A stretch of 64,000 nt of DNA, taken from positions 62,001 to 126,000 of the forward strand of contig JAHBMJ010000090.1 in the NCBI GenBank assembly GCA_018398765.1, given 5' to 3'. A program made the translations under genes and the position numbers. Shown piece after piece: positions 38,780 to 52,543 of the stretch (positions are counted from its first letter, which is position 1; every line of letters starts with the position of its first letter). Below the pieces are notes generated by a model. The model made no database searches. It saw only the letters and a list, made by a program, of their open reading frames with translations, and was not told where the DNA came from. Origin of the DNA: Chromera velia. Its lineage: Eukaryota.

Positions 38780-40005
38780 CCCACAGACCCTCCCACTCTG
38801 CTCAGACCCCCACTCAACCTGCCAGATCCTATGCAGACCCCCCCACTCTGCCCGCCAGACCCTCCCATCCTGTCTGCCAGATCTGTAAACCCCCCTACCC
38901 TACCGGCCGGATCCTGTACAGACTTCCCCACTCTGCTGGCCAGACCCTCCCCCACCCTGCCCATTAAATTTCTAGAGACCCCCTCACCCTGCCGGCCAGA
39001 TCCTCTGCAGACCCCCCCAATCTGACCGCCAGATCCTCTGCAGACTCCCCCACTCTGCCCGCCAGATCCTCTGCAGACCCCCCCAATCTGACCGCCAGAT
39101 CCTCAGCAGACCCCCTTGCTCTGCCCGTCAAATCTTCTGCAGCCCCCCCCAATCTGCCCGCCAGATCCTCTGCAGACTCCCCCACTCTGCCCGCCAGATC
39201 CTCTGCAGACCCCCCCAATCTGCCTACCAGATCCTCTGCAGACTCCCCCACTTTGCCCGCCAGACCCCCCTACCCTGTTTGCCAGATCTGTAGACCCCCT
39301 ACTCTACCAGCCAGATCCTCTATAGACCTCCTCACCCTACCGGCCAAATCCTCTGTAGACCTCCCCACTCTACCGGCCAGACCCCTCCACCCTGCCAGTC
39401 AGACCCCCCCACCCNNAGACCCTCCCATCCTGTCTGCCAGATCTGTAAACCCCCCTACCCTACCGGCCGGATCCTGTACAGACTTCCCCACTCTGCTGGC
39501 CAGACCCTCCCCCACCCTGCCCATTAAATTTCTAGAGACCCCCCCACGCTGCCGGCCAGATCCTCTGCAGACCCCCCTACTCTGCCCGTCAAATTTTTAC
39601 AGACCCCTCCACCCTGCCAGCCAGACCCCCCCACCCTGCCGGCCAGATCTTCTACAGACCCCCTCACTCTGCCGGCCAGACCCCCCCACCCTGTCTGCCA
39701 GATGACAGACTCCCGTGCTCTGCCTGCCAAACTTTTACACTCCTCCGTGCTCTGCCCGTTAGGTTCTCTACAGACTCCCCCACTCTGCCTACCCAGATCC
39801 TCTGCACACTCCCCACTCTGTCCGTCAAATTTCTATAGACCCCCCCACTCTGCGCACCCAAATCCTATGCAGACTCCCCCACTCTAACCGCTAGATCCTG
39901 TGCAGAGCCCCCCACCCTGCCCATCAAATTTCCAGAGACCCCCTTACCCTGCCGGCCAGATCCTCTGCAGACCCCCCCACTCTGCCCGTCAAATTTCTAC
40001 AGACC
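38780..40005. repeat. C-rich tandem array, ~33-bp unit (GCCAGATCCTCTGCAGACCCCCCCACTCTGCCC)
   Basis: Directly visible diverged tandem units with no unique spacers. Confidence 0.93.
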
Positions 40006-41529
40006 CCGGCGAGTGCGAGTGGGTGCATACACGCGGGAAGGGTAAAGAGGAGGCGATGGCGCCCGCTCGATCGACTCCATCTATATAAAGGCTGCGGGAG
40101 GGTAAATCTCTTTGTGTGTGTAGCGTATGTATGGGATGCCTCCAATGCGAGCCGTGTATGTAGACTGGATGCGAGTGTACAGGTACAATCTGTGACTCAT
40201 CACAGAAGACAGAAAGGTGCTTGCATGTATGCCGTTTTCCTGATAAACTGAGGACGTCGGTCGGTCGGGAGTACGTCTGCGGAGCAATGGCAAAAGATTG
40301 CAGCATAGTGCCTTCCCTTTTGCCCCCCTCCCTCTCTCTGCAGCACTTTACATTTTTGGACGTTTCTGGTAGCGGTGCTGACGGCTGCTTGCTTCCTTCG
40401 GAGTGAGTGAAAAGGGTATGGTGCATTAATTAGATTCTCTTTTTTTTCTTCTCTAGGCTTCTTTAAAAGCATGTTCCTCTCTGCTTCTGCCAACCTTTTT
40501 TTTGCAGTCTGCCAATCGGCGCATGTAGCCTGTGAAGCGAAACGCAATTCTTGTGCCGTTTACAGTGCACAAAGCTTCCGACTATAGCCAAATAGTTCAG
40601 AGGGCTCCTCTGCTTTGTGTATGCGTGACTCTGTTTCTTCGCATACTGCCCTTTTGTTCGTCCCTTTATAAAAAATGCGTGTTGTAGCTGTTCCTTTTCT
40701 GTGTAGGCGTTTCGGTGGGGGCGATGGCCACAAGGAGCTGGGCTTGCTGACCCGTCAGGCCGTTCAATGGTCAGCTGTCTTCCAACTCTTTTAATTGTGG
40801 GTCCCTCGGGGCTTTTTGTGGTTGTCTGTGTCCGTCTCTTTTACGTACAGAGCCTTCTCTTTTTGGTCCTTCATCTCTCCCATCGTGATCCATTTTTTTT
40901 GTCCGTTTTGTAGCTCTTTTGCCTGTATGCTTTCGTTTTTTCTTCAGTGCCGTCTCCGCCCCTTTTTGGAGAAGGCGACTGGTCCTTTTCTTTCTTCTGC
41001 ACGTTCAGTCTGTGTGGCTTTCTTGTCCTTCCAGAGGTGCATTTATCTGTTGCCCGTGGAGTGTTTCGGGGGGCAACGGCCACGTTGGCGGCATTGGGAC
41101 TTCGGCAGCCGCCAAACTAGTTGTGTTTCGACTATCAAGCAAGTAGCTGAGTGGGAGTCCATCTGACTGCTGTTTTTCTTTCTTCTGTGTGTAGTGCAGC
41201 TGCCATAGGTGTCCGTGAACGAGCCGTTCTGCAGGTCTATCTAGACGTTCGGCTTGTGTGTTCTTGTTTGTTGATCATGCATGGATCTATCCCACCTGTC
41301 GCTTGTTTACTTGTGCTTAAACGGTTGTTTTGCTCGCTTTTTTTCAGTGCTTGTATGTAGTAAACGTGTCTTCGTGGCCCCGTACTGTGTTATCCGACTT
41401 TGGTTAGTCGGTAGCTTCCGAATCGTGGTCCACCACTCTTTAGCCTCCCATCCATCTCTCTCTCCGTCCCTGCACCACCTTGGTATCTTCTACATCCTAT
41501 CCACTTTCGCCGTTTCCTCCAATCTGTAA

Positions 41530-42830
41530 GCCGAATCCTCTGCAGACCCCCCCCGCTCTGCCCGCGAGACCCCCTTGCTCTGTCTGCCAAATTGCCACAG
41601 ACCCTCGTGCTCTGCCTGCCAAAAACTTCTACACTCCTCCATGCTCTGCCCGTTAGGTTCTCTACAGACCCCCATGCTCTGCCTACTAAACTTCTACACT
41701 CCTCCGTGCTCTGCCCGTTAGGTTCTCTACAGACCCCCCCACTCTGCCCACCCAGATCCTCTACACACTCCCCACTCTGTCTGTCAAATTTCTATAGACC
41801 CCCCAACTCTGCCTACCCAGATCCTATGCAGACTCCCCCGCTCTAACCGCTAGATCCTGTGTAGAGCCCCCCACCCTGCCCATCAAATTTCCAGAGACCC
41901 CCTTACTCTGCTGGCCAGATCCTCTGCAGACCCCCCCACTCTGCCCATCAAATTTCTACAGACCCCCCCACCCTGCCGGCCAGATCCTCTGCAGACCCCC
42001 CCACCCTGCCCATCAAATTTCCAGAGACCCCCCCACCCTGTCTGCCAGATCCTCTGCAGACCCCCTACTCTGCCGGCCAGATCCTCTGCAGACCCCCTCA
42101 CCCTACCGGCCACACTGCTACAGACCCTCCTACTCTGTCCGTCTAACTCCTGCAGACTCCTTTACTCTGTCGGCCCAACTCATGCAGACCTCCCCCCCCA
42201 TTCTGTTCCGTCACACTCCCAAAGACTCCCCTACTGTGCCCGTCCAACTCCCACAGATCCCTCCACTCTATCCGTTTATTTCCTCTGCAGACTCCCCCTC
42301 TCTGCCTGCCAGATCCTGTTCAGACCCTCCCCACTGTCCCCGCTAGAACCTGTTCAGACCTTCCCAATGTGCCCGTTAAATTTCCGCAGACCCCCCCACT
42401 CTTTCCATCAAATTCCCACAGACCCCCCCAACCTGCCTGCCAGATCCTCTATAACCCCCCTCCACTCTGCCAGCCAGAATTCTATAGACCCCTCTACTCT
42501 GTCGGTCCAACTGATACAAACTCCCCCCTATTCTATTCTGCCACACTCCCAAAGACTCCCCTACTCTGCCCATCCAACTCCCGCAAACCCCCCCGCTCTG
42601 CCTGCCAGACTTCCACAGACCCGCTCACTGTGCCTGCCAGATCCTCTGTAGACTCCCCTCCCTCTTCCCACCAGATCTTCTGCAGACCCCGCCCCCTCTT
42701 CCCACCAGACCCTATGCAGACCCCCCCAATCTGTCTGCCAAGCTCTAACAAATGCCGTTCCTTCTGCGATTCTCCCGCAGATCCCCCCCCACTCTGTTCG
42801 CCAAATCCTCTGCAAACCTCCCCCCCCCCC
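41530..42830. repeat. Second array of the same ~33-bp unit
   Basis: Same unit and orientation as 38780-40005; shares a ~280-bp block of unit variants (41676-41965 versus 39715-40005). Confidence 0.92.
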
Positions 42831-44284
42831 TTTTTTCCCCTTTTTTTTTACTGTTAGACCCACGAGATCCTCTGCAGACTTTCGTATCCAACATACCGGT
42901 CCTTCGCATCCAAGATACCGGTCCTTTGTATCCGAGATACCGACAGAGATACCAGTGCTTCCCCTTCTACCCAAAATACCGTCCTTCCCATTACCGGAGA
43001 TACTAGTCCTTCCTCCCATTCGTTCGTTGGGTGTGCCGTCTGCGTGGCCAAGCAAAGCTTATTTTTATGTTTCGCCGATGGGCTTCCGCGTATTCTCTCT
43101 CTTTTTTTCTCGTGTCTGTTAGCGTGGAGGTTCCGGTGTTTACCACCGGAGATACCCATCTTTTTTGTGTTGTTTTTCAATCATTTCGAAGTCGCTTCCA
43201 TGTTTGCGTAGTATGTACTGCCGCCAGTCCTATAGTTTTATGAATAGGTGAATGTCCAACCGGTAGTCGGATGGTGTCCGTTTCCATCTTCTTCCACGCA
43301 TGTGAACAAGCGTTTAAAGGGATTGTTGCAGCCTGCCTCCCATGGCTGAGACTCTGTTCTGTACCGTCTTTGGCGCTCTTCACACTCACAGGTCCTCCCT
43401 GCCTCCCTCCCTACCATGGTCCTCTTCTTCACCTCTCTCCTCCCTCCTTCCTCTCTGTTTACCCTTGAGGTGATCATGTACATGCTTGTGTAATGTTTGC
43501 CCTCGGTGCATTGCTTTCTGCAGCTACTCAGTGGTATCGAGTCTCTGCAACGATTCCAGGGATTCTATCTCGATACCACCGGAGGCGACAGCTTTTCAAT
43601 TTAGCTACAACGCACCTTAAGTATGCGACTACCCCTCTGGTATCCTGTGGTGTTTGCATTCTATGAAGGAGTACGGGCAAGCACAAAGGATAATAGGCGA
43701 TAAGATGCCACGGATCATCCACCGGACGCAGTTTTTTACTGCTGTGATGACAAATGCCCGTGTCGAGGAGTCAGGGATCCTTCAGTACCAACCAGTATGT
43801 GCTTGTTGAGAAGCTGTCGGTTCGTGGTCCCGAGTACTGAGTACCCTGTGTTGAGCCTGTCTAGCAGTCATGCTACACAAGATATCGACACGACCGGCAT
43901 TGCCGGATAATTTCTATTGGTATCAGTTGCCATGCTTCTTCCGTCCTTGTCTGGTGTATAAATAGGGATAAAACTAAACAATGACACCTTAATGACACTC
44001 TGGGGTCCGTATTTTTTGAAGTGTCACTCAATTTAATACTGCATTGAGGCTTAGGATGACACTAGTGACACTTATGACGCTTTGTTTTTATATTTTTTAT
44101 ATAATATCAAACTAACTCCTCTATGATGGTTGAAGGGGGAAAATTTTGGTGAGGTTTATAAAAAAATCTAAAAAGTTTGGGGAAATAGTATCACAAGTAT
44201 CATTAGTATCATTTTAAGCCTAGTTCAGCTCCCTATACTAATGACACTTAAAATAATGTAGTAACACTTTCCCCAACTAGAATG

Positions 44285-44497
44285 TCATCATCATCATGAT
44301 ATACCATCGCCATCGGCCCATTTCTAGGCGTCTAGCGTTCGGCAGGTCACACACACACAACAGTTAATTTCTAGGGAAAGACTAGCGCAAAGGCGAACGG
44401 CAGGCTTCGATTACGAGGCATGCTTCTCCATAGTCGATCGATTGCTTAGCTCGCATGCCAAAACTTCAAGAAAAACTATTTTTCCTTTCAAACTCCT
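44285..44497 (-). mobile_element. Short 5'-truncated non-LTR retroelement 3' end with (TGA)n tail and 38-bp TSD
   Basis: Flanked by identical CTTAAAATAATGTAGTAACACTTTCCCCAACTAGAATG (44247-44284, 44498-44535); minus-strand 3' end reads ...ATCATGATGATGATGA. Confidence 0.7.
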
Positions 44498-45929
44498 CTT
44501 AAAATAATGTAGTAACACTTTCCCCAACTAGAATGACACTTCATTATTCAACAAGGGGTAAGGCAATTATGTCAAGATGAGACGAAATCCCCCCCTGCTT
44601 ATCATATCCTTAAGGCTATACATAACCTACTATTTACATTCCATATTTTGATCCTAGTACCCTTAGGGTCGACAGCTTTATGAGTTGTCTTAAGCTAAAC
44701 AGGAATAATAGGCTATACCCTAATAAGAAAATACGCCCCCAGGCGTATCTAACTGTAAAAAGCAGTCGCCCCTGGGCGTAAAAAAAGGTCAAAAACACCA
44801 CCATCTGTGTATACGATGGGCAAGTCATACGATTATCAGCAATTAGATAATACCACTCAACCATGGGCATTGAAACCACTACCTCGCTGAACGACCATAG
44901 CACAGATCTGACTCTGATGAACAAGACACTGCCCCAAGAGCAGTCACTGTACTGCCTGTCACGTCTCCTCCTTATAACCGTAACTTGAAGCAGCCCGCGG
45001 AGGGGGACCTAAACAGCTGCTTCTCTGAAAGCTTGTAGTACAATATACCATCATTCAAGTCGGACTCAGGGGTCTACTCATCCTCATCCTCATCACTGTC
45101 TTCCTCCTCCTCTCCTCCTGTAAAGCTGCTGTTATCATCACTGGCACTGCTGTCATCCTCTTCATCACTAGCACTGCTGTCGTCCTCCTTATCACTGGCG
45201 GTTACCATTGGCACCTGCTGGGGCACTGCAAGGAAAAAGACCCTGTGCAATGGTGTAGTATTAATTTCGTCTGCTGTAGTTATACCAGTCAACTCCCAAA
45301 GCACATTGTGGGCATTCAGCTCCTGAGAATGGAGGAGCTGTTGAAGCCTCTGCCACACCCCGTCATTGCAGACAGAGAGCATGATTCTTCTCGCCACGTT
45401 GATCATCTGTAGTACCTGAGTAAGAGAAGGAAATTAAGACTGTCTGTTTAACTGTATGATACGTCAGCCGTGGGTGTTTGTGTCACGATATGTAAGCAGT
45501 GGATGTTCATGTGTACAATACGTTAGCACGAAATGCAGATTTTTTTTAATGAGTCCCCATATCTTCACTACCACTACCACCACCATGTCTTTCTTTTGTC
45601 ACACCTGGTTACCAAAACTTGTAGCAACGAGTAGTAGCAGCAGCAACAACAGCAGCAAACAGCAGGTACAAACAGTCACATAATCATAGCAGCTAACATT
45701 CTTTCTGTGGGTCAAACAATTTGAATAAGGAAGGAAGGCTGACCCATTTTTTGGAGCAATACTAGATAGAGGAATCGAGTAGATCACGGGGCGGTCACAA
45801 GGGGGGTGCCCTTGAGCTGAACAGCAAGCGCCCTTCTTTTCTGAGCTACACAGCTAGATGGGGAGCAAGACAAAAGGCGTACACATACATACATACATAC
45901 GATCTTATATAGAAACACATTTATCATCC

Positions 45930-46620
45930 GTATGCAAAGGATTCTACACGGAAGATCTGACGGAAACAGCGGAGGGATTCTGTGCAGAGTCTGCCGGAAA
46001 CAGGAGGGGTCTGCCGGAAGCAGGGGAGGCATTCTATGGGGGGTTTGACGGAAACAGGGGGGGGTCTGACGGAAATAGAGGAATGATTCTGTGGGGGTCT
46101 AACAGAAACAAAGGAGGAATTCTGTGGGTGGTCTGACGGAAACAATGGAGGAATTCTGTGGGTGGTCTAACGGAAACAGGGGAGGGATTCTGTAGAACGT
46201 CTGATGGAAGGGATTCTGTAAGACGTCTGACAGAAACAGGGCGGGGTCTAACAGAAACAGGGCGGGGTCTAACGGAAACAGGGGAGGGACTCTATCGGGG
46301 GGGTTGATGAAAACAGGGGAAGAATTCTGTAGGAGGGCTGATAGAAACAGGGGAGGTCTGATGGGATTCTGTACAACGTCTGACGGAAATAGGGGAGGGA
46401 TTCTGTAGGACGTCTGATGGAAACAGGGAAGGTCTGCCAAAAGCAGGGTGAGTCTGCCAAAAACAGGGGAGGCATTCTGTGGGAGGTCTGACGAAAACAG
46501 GGGAGGAATTCTGTGGGTGGTCTGACGAAAACAGGGGAGGAATTCTGTGGGTGGTCTAACGGAAACAGGGGAGGGATTCTGTAGAACGTCTGATGGGAGG
46601 GATTCTGTAAGACGTCTTTC
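45930..46620. repeat. G-rich tandem array, ~34-bp unit (GGGGAGGGATTCTGTAGAACGTCTGACGGAAACA)
   Basis: Directly visible; its reverse complement resembles the 33-bp unit of the two upstream arrays. Confidence 0.9.
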
Positions 46621-47672
46621 GGGACTCCGGTCTTGCCTGTCCGTTGGCCATACAGTATCCCTCGGACCTCGCGGCGGTACACGCTCGCGTCTGTTTGTCT
46701 GTTTGTCTGCCTGCCTGCCTGCCTGCCTGCCTGTCGTAAACAATTATTACATTGAAAAAAAAAGAAAAATCTAGTAATTTAGTAGCAAATAATATTTCAA
46801 TACAAAAATTAAATTTTGTTTACGTCTCTAAACGTGTACTGAATGTGATTGGTTATTCAAGTCAGTTATCATGACTGATCATTGAGATGTTAGTCAGGAC
46901 AATAGACATAGTTATTTACTCAGTTTAGGTTTTCATGTATTGATTGATTAATTGATATAAATGCTTTTCTTACTGTTTTCCCCACTGAAAAATTTAAAAG
47001 TTTTTGAAAAAAGGTCATAATATTTTATTTTAAATTGTATGTACTGTATTATGCATTTAACATTGTATGAAACTACATATGCGTTACACTTGGAGTAATA
47101 GTATCAATTATGTTTTTAATGCACGTTGTCTTAGCACTTGTATCACGATTTGGTGGATAAACTAGGGACACGCATACAAGGGTCAATCAACCATGTGACC
47201 TTCTGACTGTAAAGTTTTTTTTGGTAAACTTCTTCAACACTCTTTCATTTTGCTGGACCTAGTGCTGGACGGATATAATCTTAAGAATGTCGAGGAGGAA
47301 GTCCATGCAGCAAAAAGAAAAACTTGAACAATGAAACGAGATAACAAAATTAAAATTATGCAAATGGTAGAGGAAGGCTCTCAAAACGAGATTATCGAAA
47401 GCATGTACATTTCAACCTTCAGCCAAAGTTGGAGGAAGAAAGATAGAAAAGAGAATCACGAAGCACATCTGCTTCGTTTGTGTAGCTACTCAACACTTCT
47501 TCTGTCCGAATTTTGCGCAAGCGCTGTCCCCAGGCACCCCATTCCTCATGCACCTCTTTGTTGTTGACTCCTTTACATTCTTTGGAAAATGGACCAGAGG
47601 ACCCACTTCGGTACAATTAACAATGCTAATCCGACCCATGCCTTTTGCCCCAACACAGACATGTCTCCGTGA

Positions 47673-47815
47673 AGTCAGGAATGCACAAAGGCAAGCATGT
47701 GCGAACGTTTAACGTTTTGAAATGCTCCTCAGTCAGGAATGCACAAGGGCAAGCATGTGCAAACGTTTCGAAATGCTCCTCAGTCAGGAATGCACAAAGA
47801 CACGCATGTGCGAAC
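47673..47815. repeat. Three tandem copies of a 51-58-bp unit downstream of the PDE stop
   Basis: AGTCAGGAATGCACAAAGGCAAGCATGTGCGAACG...AAATGCTCCTC repeated. Confidence 0.85.
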
Positions 47816-47964
47816 GATTCAGAAGAAAGGGCGAAAGAGACTGTCCAAAGGTCTCCAGTCTCCACTTCTGCACCCTTCTTTCTCCTCAGACCACTTTCTC
47901 GTTCCCATCAGTCGTCCCTCTTCATTTGAAATTCAAGCAGAGTCCTTAATTCTCTCGCAAAGAG

Positions 47965-49686
47965 TCACTGTGTGTCGTCCGGGAAAAAAGAGCATCGTCC
48001 TTGACCGCACTCATGGCCTTCAGCGGCGAGGTCCCGTCCTTTTTTCTTCAGTGAGTTCAGCCTGGAAAAAGGAGTTTCTGACTGGACAGGGGGGGCAAGG
48101 AAGCTTCCTGGGCTCTCACGAGACCCCGGACTGTCATTGTTGGCACGTTGAGGTGTTATCGATTTTGGCTGAGGGGGTTCGAACAGAGAAAGGGGAATCA
48201 GACTGTGAGTCTCTGGTCGCTGCCAGTGTTCCACATTTGAGTCCAAATTGTACAGACAAACCGACTCGATTCTGCTCGGGGGCACATCATTGGGAGAACT
48301 TCGCTGTGTGGTGACTGGAAGAGGAAGGGAGGATCGACAGTTCAGAGAAGCAAAGGGATCGGGGGACAGCTTGGGGAGTGCGTGCATCATCTCTGGGGGG
48401 TTCTGCTGTGGGGGGGGCAGTTTGAGTGTCACTCCTCTCTTCTTCTCTTCCCTTTGTGGAGAGGCCATTCTTTCCAGACGGTCAGCCGGAAGGGAAACCT
48501 GCTTTTCAGCCGCCACTCCGCTGCTGCTGCTGCTATTTTTCAAAGCGGACTTTCCGAATTCTCTCTTCTTTTCCTTCGCGACTTGCTCCACTCGGGCCAG
48601 CTCCTCGAAGATTTCTCTGAACGGACGGGGCGGAGGGTCGGGGGGAGGTGAGAGAAGAGCATGCAGAGGGAAAATGAGGCAATTGATCGGTGCACTTGAA
48701 TTGTTCCAACACAAACGCAACAAACGTCACGCAGAAACAATCAGCTCGGAAAGTGCTTGGACAAAGAGAAGAGAGTAAGTAAAACGAATGACTACAGTAT
48801 GCCAAAGTCTGTTCTGACTACCTGGTTCTTTACGTTTCCCTCTACACGATACGCACAACCGCCCCCGCTCCCGGAGTCACATTTGTCTGGATGAATCGGT
48901 TCCAACACCCGCATTTCCTGTTGAAGTGCGTGAACCTCTCTTTCAAGCATACGTACCTGCAGACGAATTTGAGGAAGCCGATCTGCGACTTGCACAGTGC
49001 TGCTGGATTGCTTTCCTTTCTGTTACAGAGGGGGGAGATCGGGAGGCCGAGGTTGTGTTCCTTTTCGCCTTGAAGGAAGAACTCTTCCGTCACACACAGG
49101 GAGCGTGCAAAGTGAACATCCCAGGGTTTCGCGCTGTGACCTGCGTGCATTCATTTTAAGAGAAAAATAAGTGATTGTAACAATGCAGCCAAGGACACTG
49201 GGTAGGCGAATCCCTTCGATCACTTTTTGTCCGCTGGATTCATGGTGTTTCCTTGATGATTTTCAAGCCTGTAAAGGAGGGAAAGAACAGACACAAAATA
49301 CAATTAATATACAGGATGTGAATCTGAAGATCGAGTATCTCCCCCCACCCATCCACCCACCCACCCAGATCGGCAGCCTTCATGCAGGCCCTGGTGACCA
49401 TCCAGAGGTCCCTCTCCATTTCCTGCACCTTCTTTTCCGACTGTGCGGTCGTCCACCCCTCCGCACTCAGGCTGGACGCAAATTCGGGAGTGGCTCTCCT
49501 CAGTTTTATGGCAGACAGAAACTCAAAGTGCTGCAGGCAGGCATTCCATCATTGCATGCAGAGATGAAATGAGTCAACCAAACTCCAAGTGGGAACTCTC
49601 AATTTCCGTGCGAGCAAAAGAAATTTGAACGAACTGATGCATATTTAGACTTTCTGTGTGAAAAATGGGAGTCTCACTCACATGTT

Positions 49687-49735
<49 letters not shown>

Positions 49736-49758
49736 CATACATATATATATATATATAT

Positions 49759-49795
<37 letters not shown>

Positions 49796-51029
49796 CTCAT
49801 ACACATACACATACGTGGAGGGGAAACCCATTCCAAGCAGACACTGATGCTGTCCGTTGACTGACCAGCTTCATGTCGGTGTCGAGAATAAGGTCAATGA
49901 TCGAAGATCTTGCAACCCGACGCGACTCCGTGTCAAGCTTCTCCTGCATTTCACGCCAAGTCATAAAGACGTACATGCAAAGAAGAACAAATTTCAGGCT
50001 ACCTTTCAGAAGGGTGACTGATTCCCCCCCTGGACGAACGTACAATTGTATTCGAGAGAGCTTGTCAATCCCCTCGCTTCAGACGGTCAAAGCACCCCAC
50101 GTGCGAACCACAATTTTGGCGCTCTGATTGCAATTAATGCGGTGTGGGGATGAGAGCCAAGTCAAATGGGTGCATGTTTGAAGGGGCGTTTGCGTCTCCA
50201 TTGCCAAGCCTTGATTGCGATGGCAGGGTTATGATTCATCTTCCGTTTCCGAGGTCCAATCTCTCACCACCAGCCAGTCTTAGAAGCATGCCTACAACTC
50301 ACTCACTGACTGCACAAATGAGTGAGTGTCTGACTCTGACCGACCAGCATTTGGCACCCAGTGGTCTGAAGAATGCGGAAGGTCTGGGCTGCATGGAAAT
50401 TCTCTAAGACGCTCCGATCGTTGTAGGTCACGGCAAGATCAGACAATCTGCAGAGTGGAGTAAAGCACATGACTTGAAGAAAACAACAAAGCATTCTGAG
50501 AGAATGAGTCCTTGTTCGATTGGCATCCTTTCACTCCTTCTTTCAAAGCCCTGTAGGCAGCTGAATCAGACGTGCTGACGACGAATGTATTCACACTTCC
50601 GTTGGGATCTCTCAGCCGGACAGAGACAAACGTTTTCCTTGAGACCCACACAATGAAGCGTTGATGCACTACTCACTTGTTCAAATGGAACATGTTATTC
50701 ACTCCCTCGTGTCCGACGTCATGGCACAGAGCCGCGATGATCACGCACACGTTCCGCACAGGACTCAGAAACTGCCGCACCCCAGCGTGCTCTGTCAGCC
50801 AGACGCACATCAAGGCAACCTGCATGCAATCACACAAAGTCAGCTAGGCCTTTGCATCATCTCCAACACACGCACAAATATGCATGCAGCCGTGGAATAA
50901 AGGCTCTGTCCATGAAATGCTTTTCTTCCAGTCGACCCTCGCAGAGCTGTATTGAAGAATAGGGGAGTGCACCGCAACTTGCGCTATCGCCGTTTTTTCT
51001 TTAAGACAGAGAGAGCGATAGAGATAGAT

Positions 51030-51066
<37 letters not shown>

Positions 51067-51221
51067 TGGACTCACGTCTGCCCCGTGCAGCGAATTGTGG
51101 TATTTTGGAATGGGTGAGTAGGAAGCCTCCACCTGCATGCATTCTTTCGATTTGTGCACAGGGTGTGTGTGACTGCGTGTGTGTATGTGTATGTGTATGC
51201 GTGTATGTGTGTATGCGTGTA

Positions 51222-51261
<40 letters not shown>

Positions 51262-51286
51262 TGTGTGTGTGTGTGTGTGTGTGTGC

Positions 51287-51326
<40 letters not shown>

Positions 51327-51328
51327 AT

Positions 51329-51362
<34 letters not shown>

Positions 51363-51529
51363 CATGTGTGAGGTATTTTTTTAAGGGTTCGCTTCGTATG
51401 TGTATTGACTCAAGGAAAGGGAGAGAAGAAAACTGTCCCTTTCCCCCAACAAATTCGCCACGAAAAGATTAGGGAAGGGAGGAAAGAAAGAAGCTACCTA
51501 TACCCATCCCTGCGCGCGGACTCTCCCTG

Positions 51530-51562
<33 letters not shown>

Positions 51563-51567
51563 TACAC

Positions 51568-51623
<56 letters not shown>

Positions 51624-52503
51624 GGAGAAAGAGAGAGAGAAAGAGACTTTGCAGCTCTTCTCTCCCACGCCTGCATGCACCGACCAAGTTGAGGAAGTTG
51701 AGGACCCGTGGAATTCCTGTCAGGCTGAGGGGAGCTGTGAGGAAGGGACGGAGCAGGTGAAGTCCGATGGTAGGAAGCGCATTGGCGATTTCGACTGGCA
51801 CGGTCACCCCGGCATTCGGGTTGATGGAGAGTGTGTTGGATTGGCTTTGCATCGTGCTGCTATTTGAGGATCCTTCAAGAAGTTTGAGGTCTGTTTTCCA
51901 CTCGACTGCACAGGAATCTTTGGCATCTTTTGCGGAGGTGTCGAATGCCTCTGCAGGCACTTTCATGTTCATGCCCATGGAGAACTCTGTGGGACCATCT
52001 TCGGTTTGATTTCCGCCCCTCGTTGCGGCTTCTGTTTCTCTTGATTTCTTGCGAGGAGCGCCTCCGAGACCTTGGGGAAGAAAATGATCGAATGCTCTCA
52101 GGAGAGCAGCTGCTTGTTTGTCAATGCGTTCTTTGAGGGATTCAAAGGAGGGGGAAGGGGAGTCAGAGACAGAAGAGGAAATGGAAGCGAAGATTTGGGG
52201 CCCTCGCCTGCCCGCCGCCCCCATTTCCATCTGATGCGAGCTTCTCACAAAGTTGGCATTCAGGAATCCGACAATTGCGGTTGTGCCCGGAGTTTGCTCA
52301 CCCTCGCTGCCAGTCTGGGGGCTCAATCCATCCATTGGAGAGGCACGAGAGTCATTCAGTTCCGGTCCATGGTGGGCAGACGGACGCCTCAGCGCAGCTT
52401 GAACTCTCTTCGTCAACTGAAAAGGGAGCAAGAGACCAAAAAGAAAGAACGCGGGGAAGGGAAACGAGCAATGAATGCGGTTCAGACTAATTCAGCGCCA
52501 TTT

Positions 52504-52543
<40 letters not shown>

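Noticed and set aside
38773..39325. ORFs with an 11-aa repeat (GGSAEDLAGRV)
   Set aside because: By-product of the 33-bp unit; frames break often and appear on both strands.
39415..39575. Near-exact duplicate of 38857-39015 within array 1
   Set aside because: Begins right at an nn gap, so probably an assembly overlap.
38780..42830. 33-bp arrays as a CRISPR-like locus
   Set aside because: Units are contiguous diverged tandem copies with no unique spacers, and no cas-like gene is present.
45074..45420. Possible terminal exon with acidic tail
   Set aside because: A plausible acceptor exists, but no convincing upstream exons or domain could be built.
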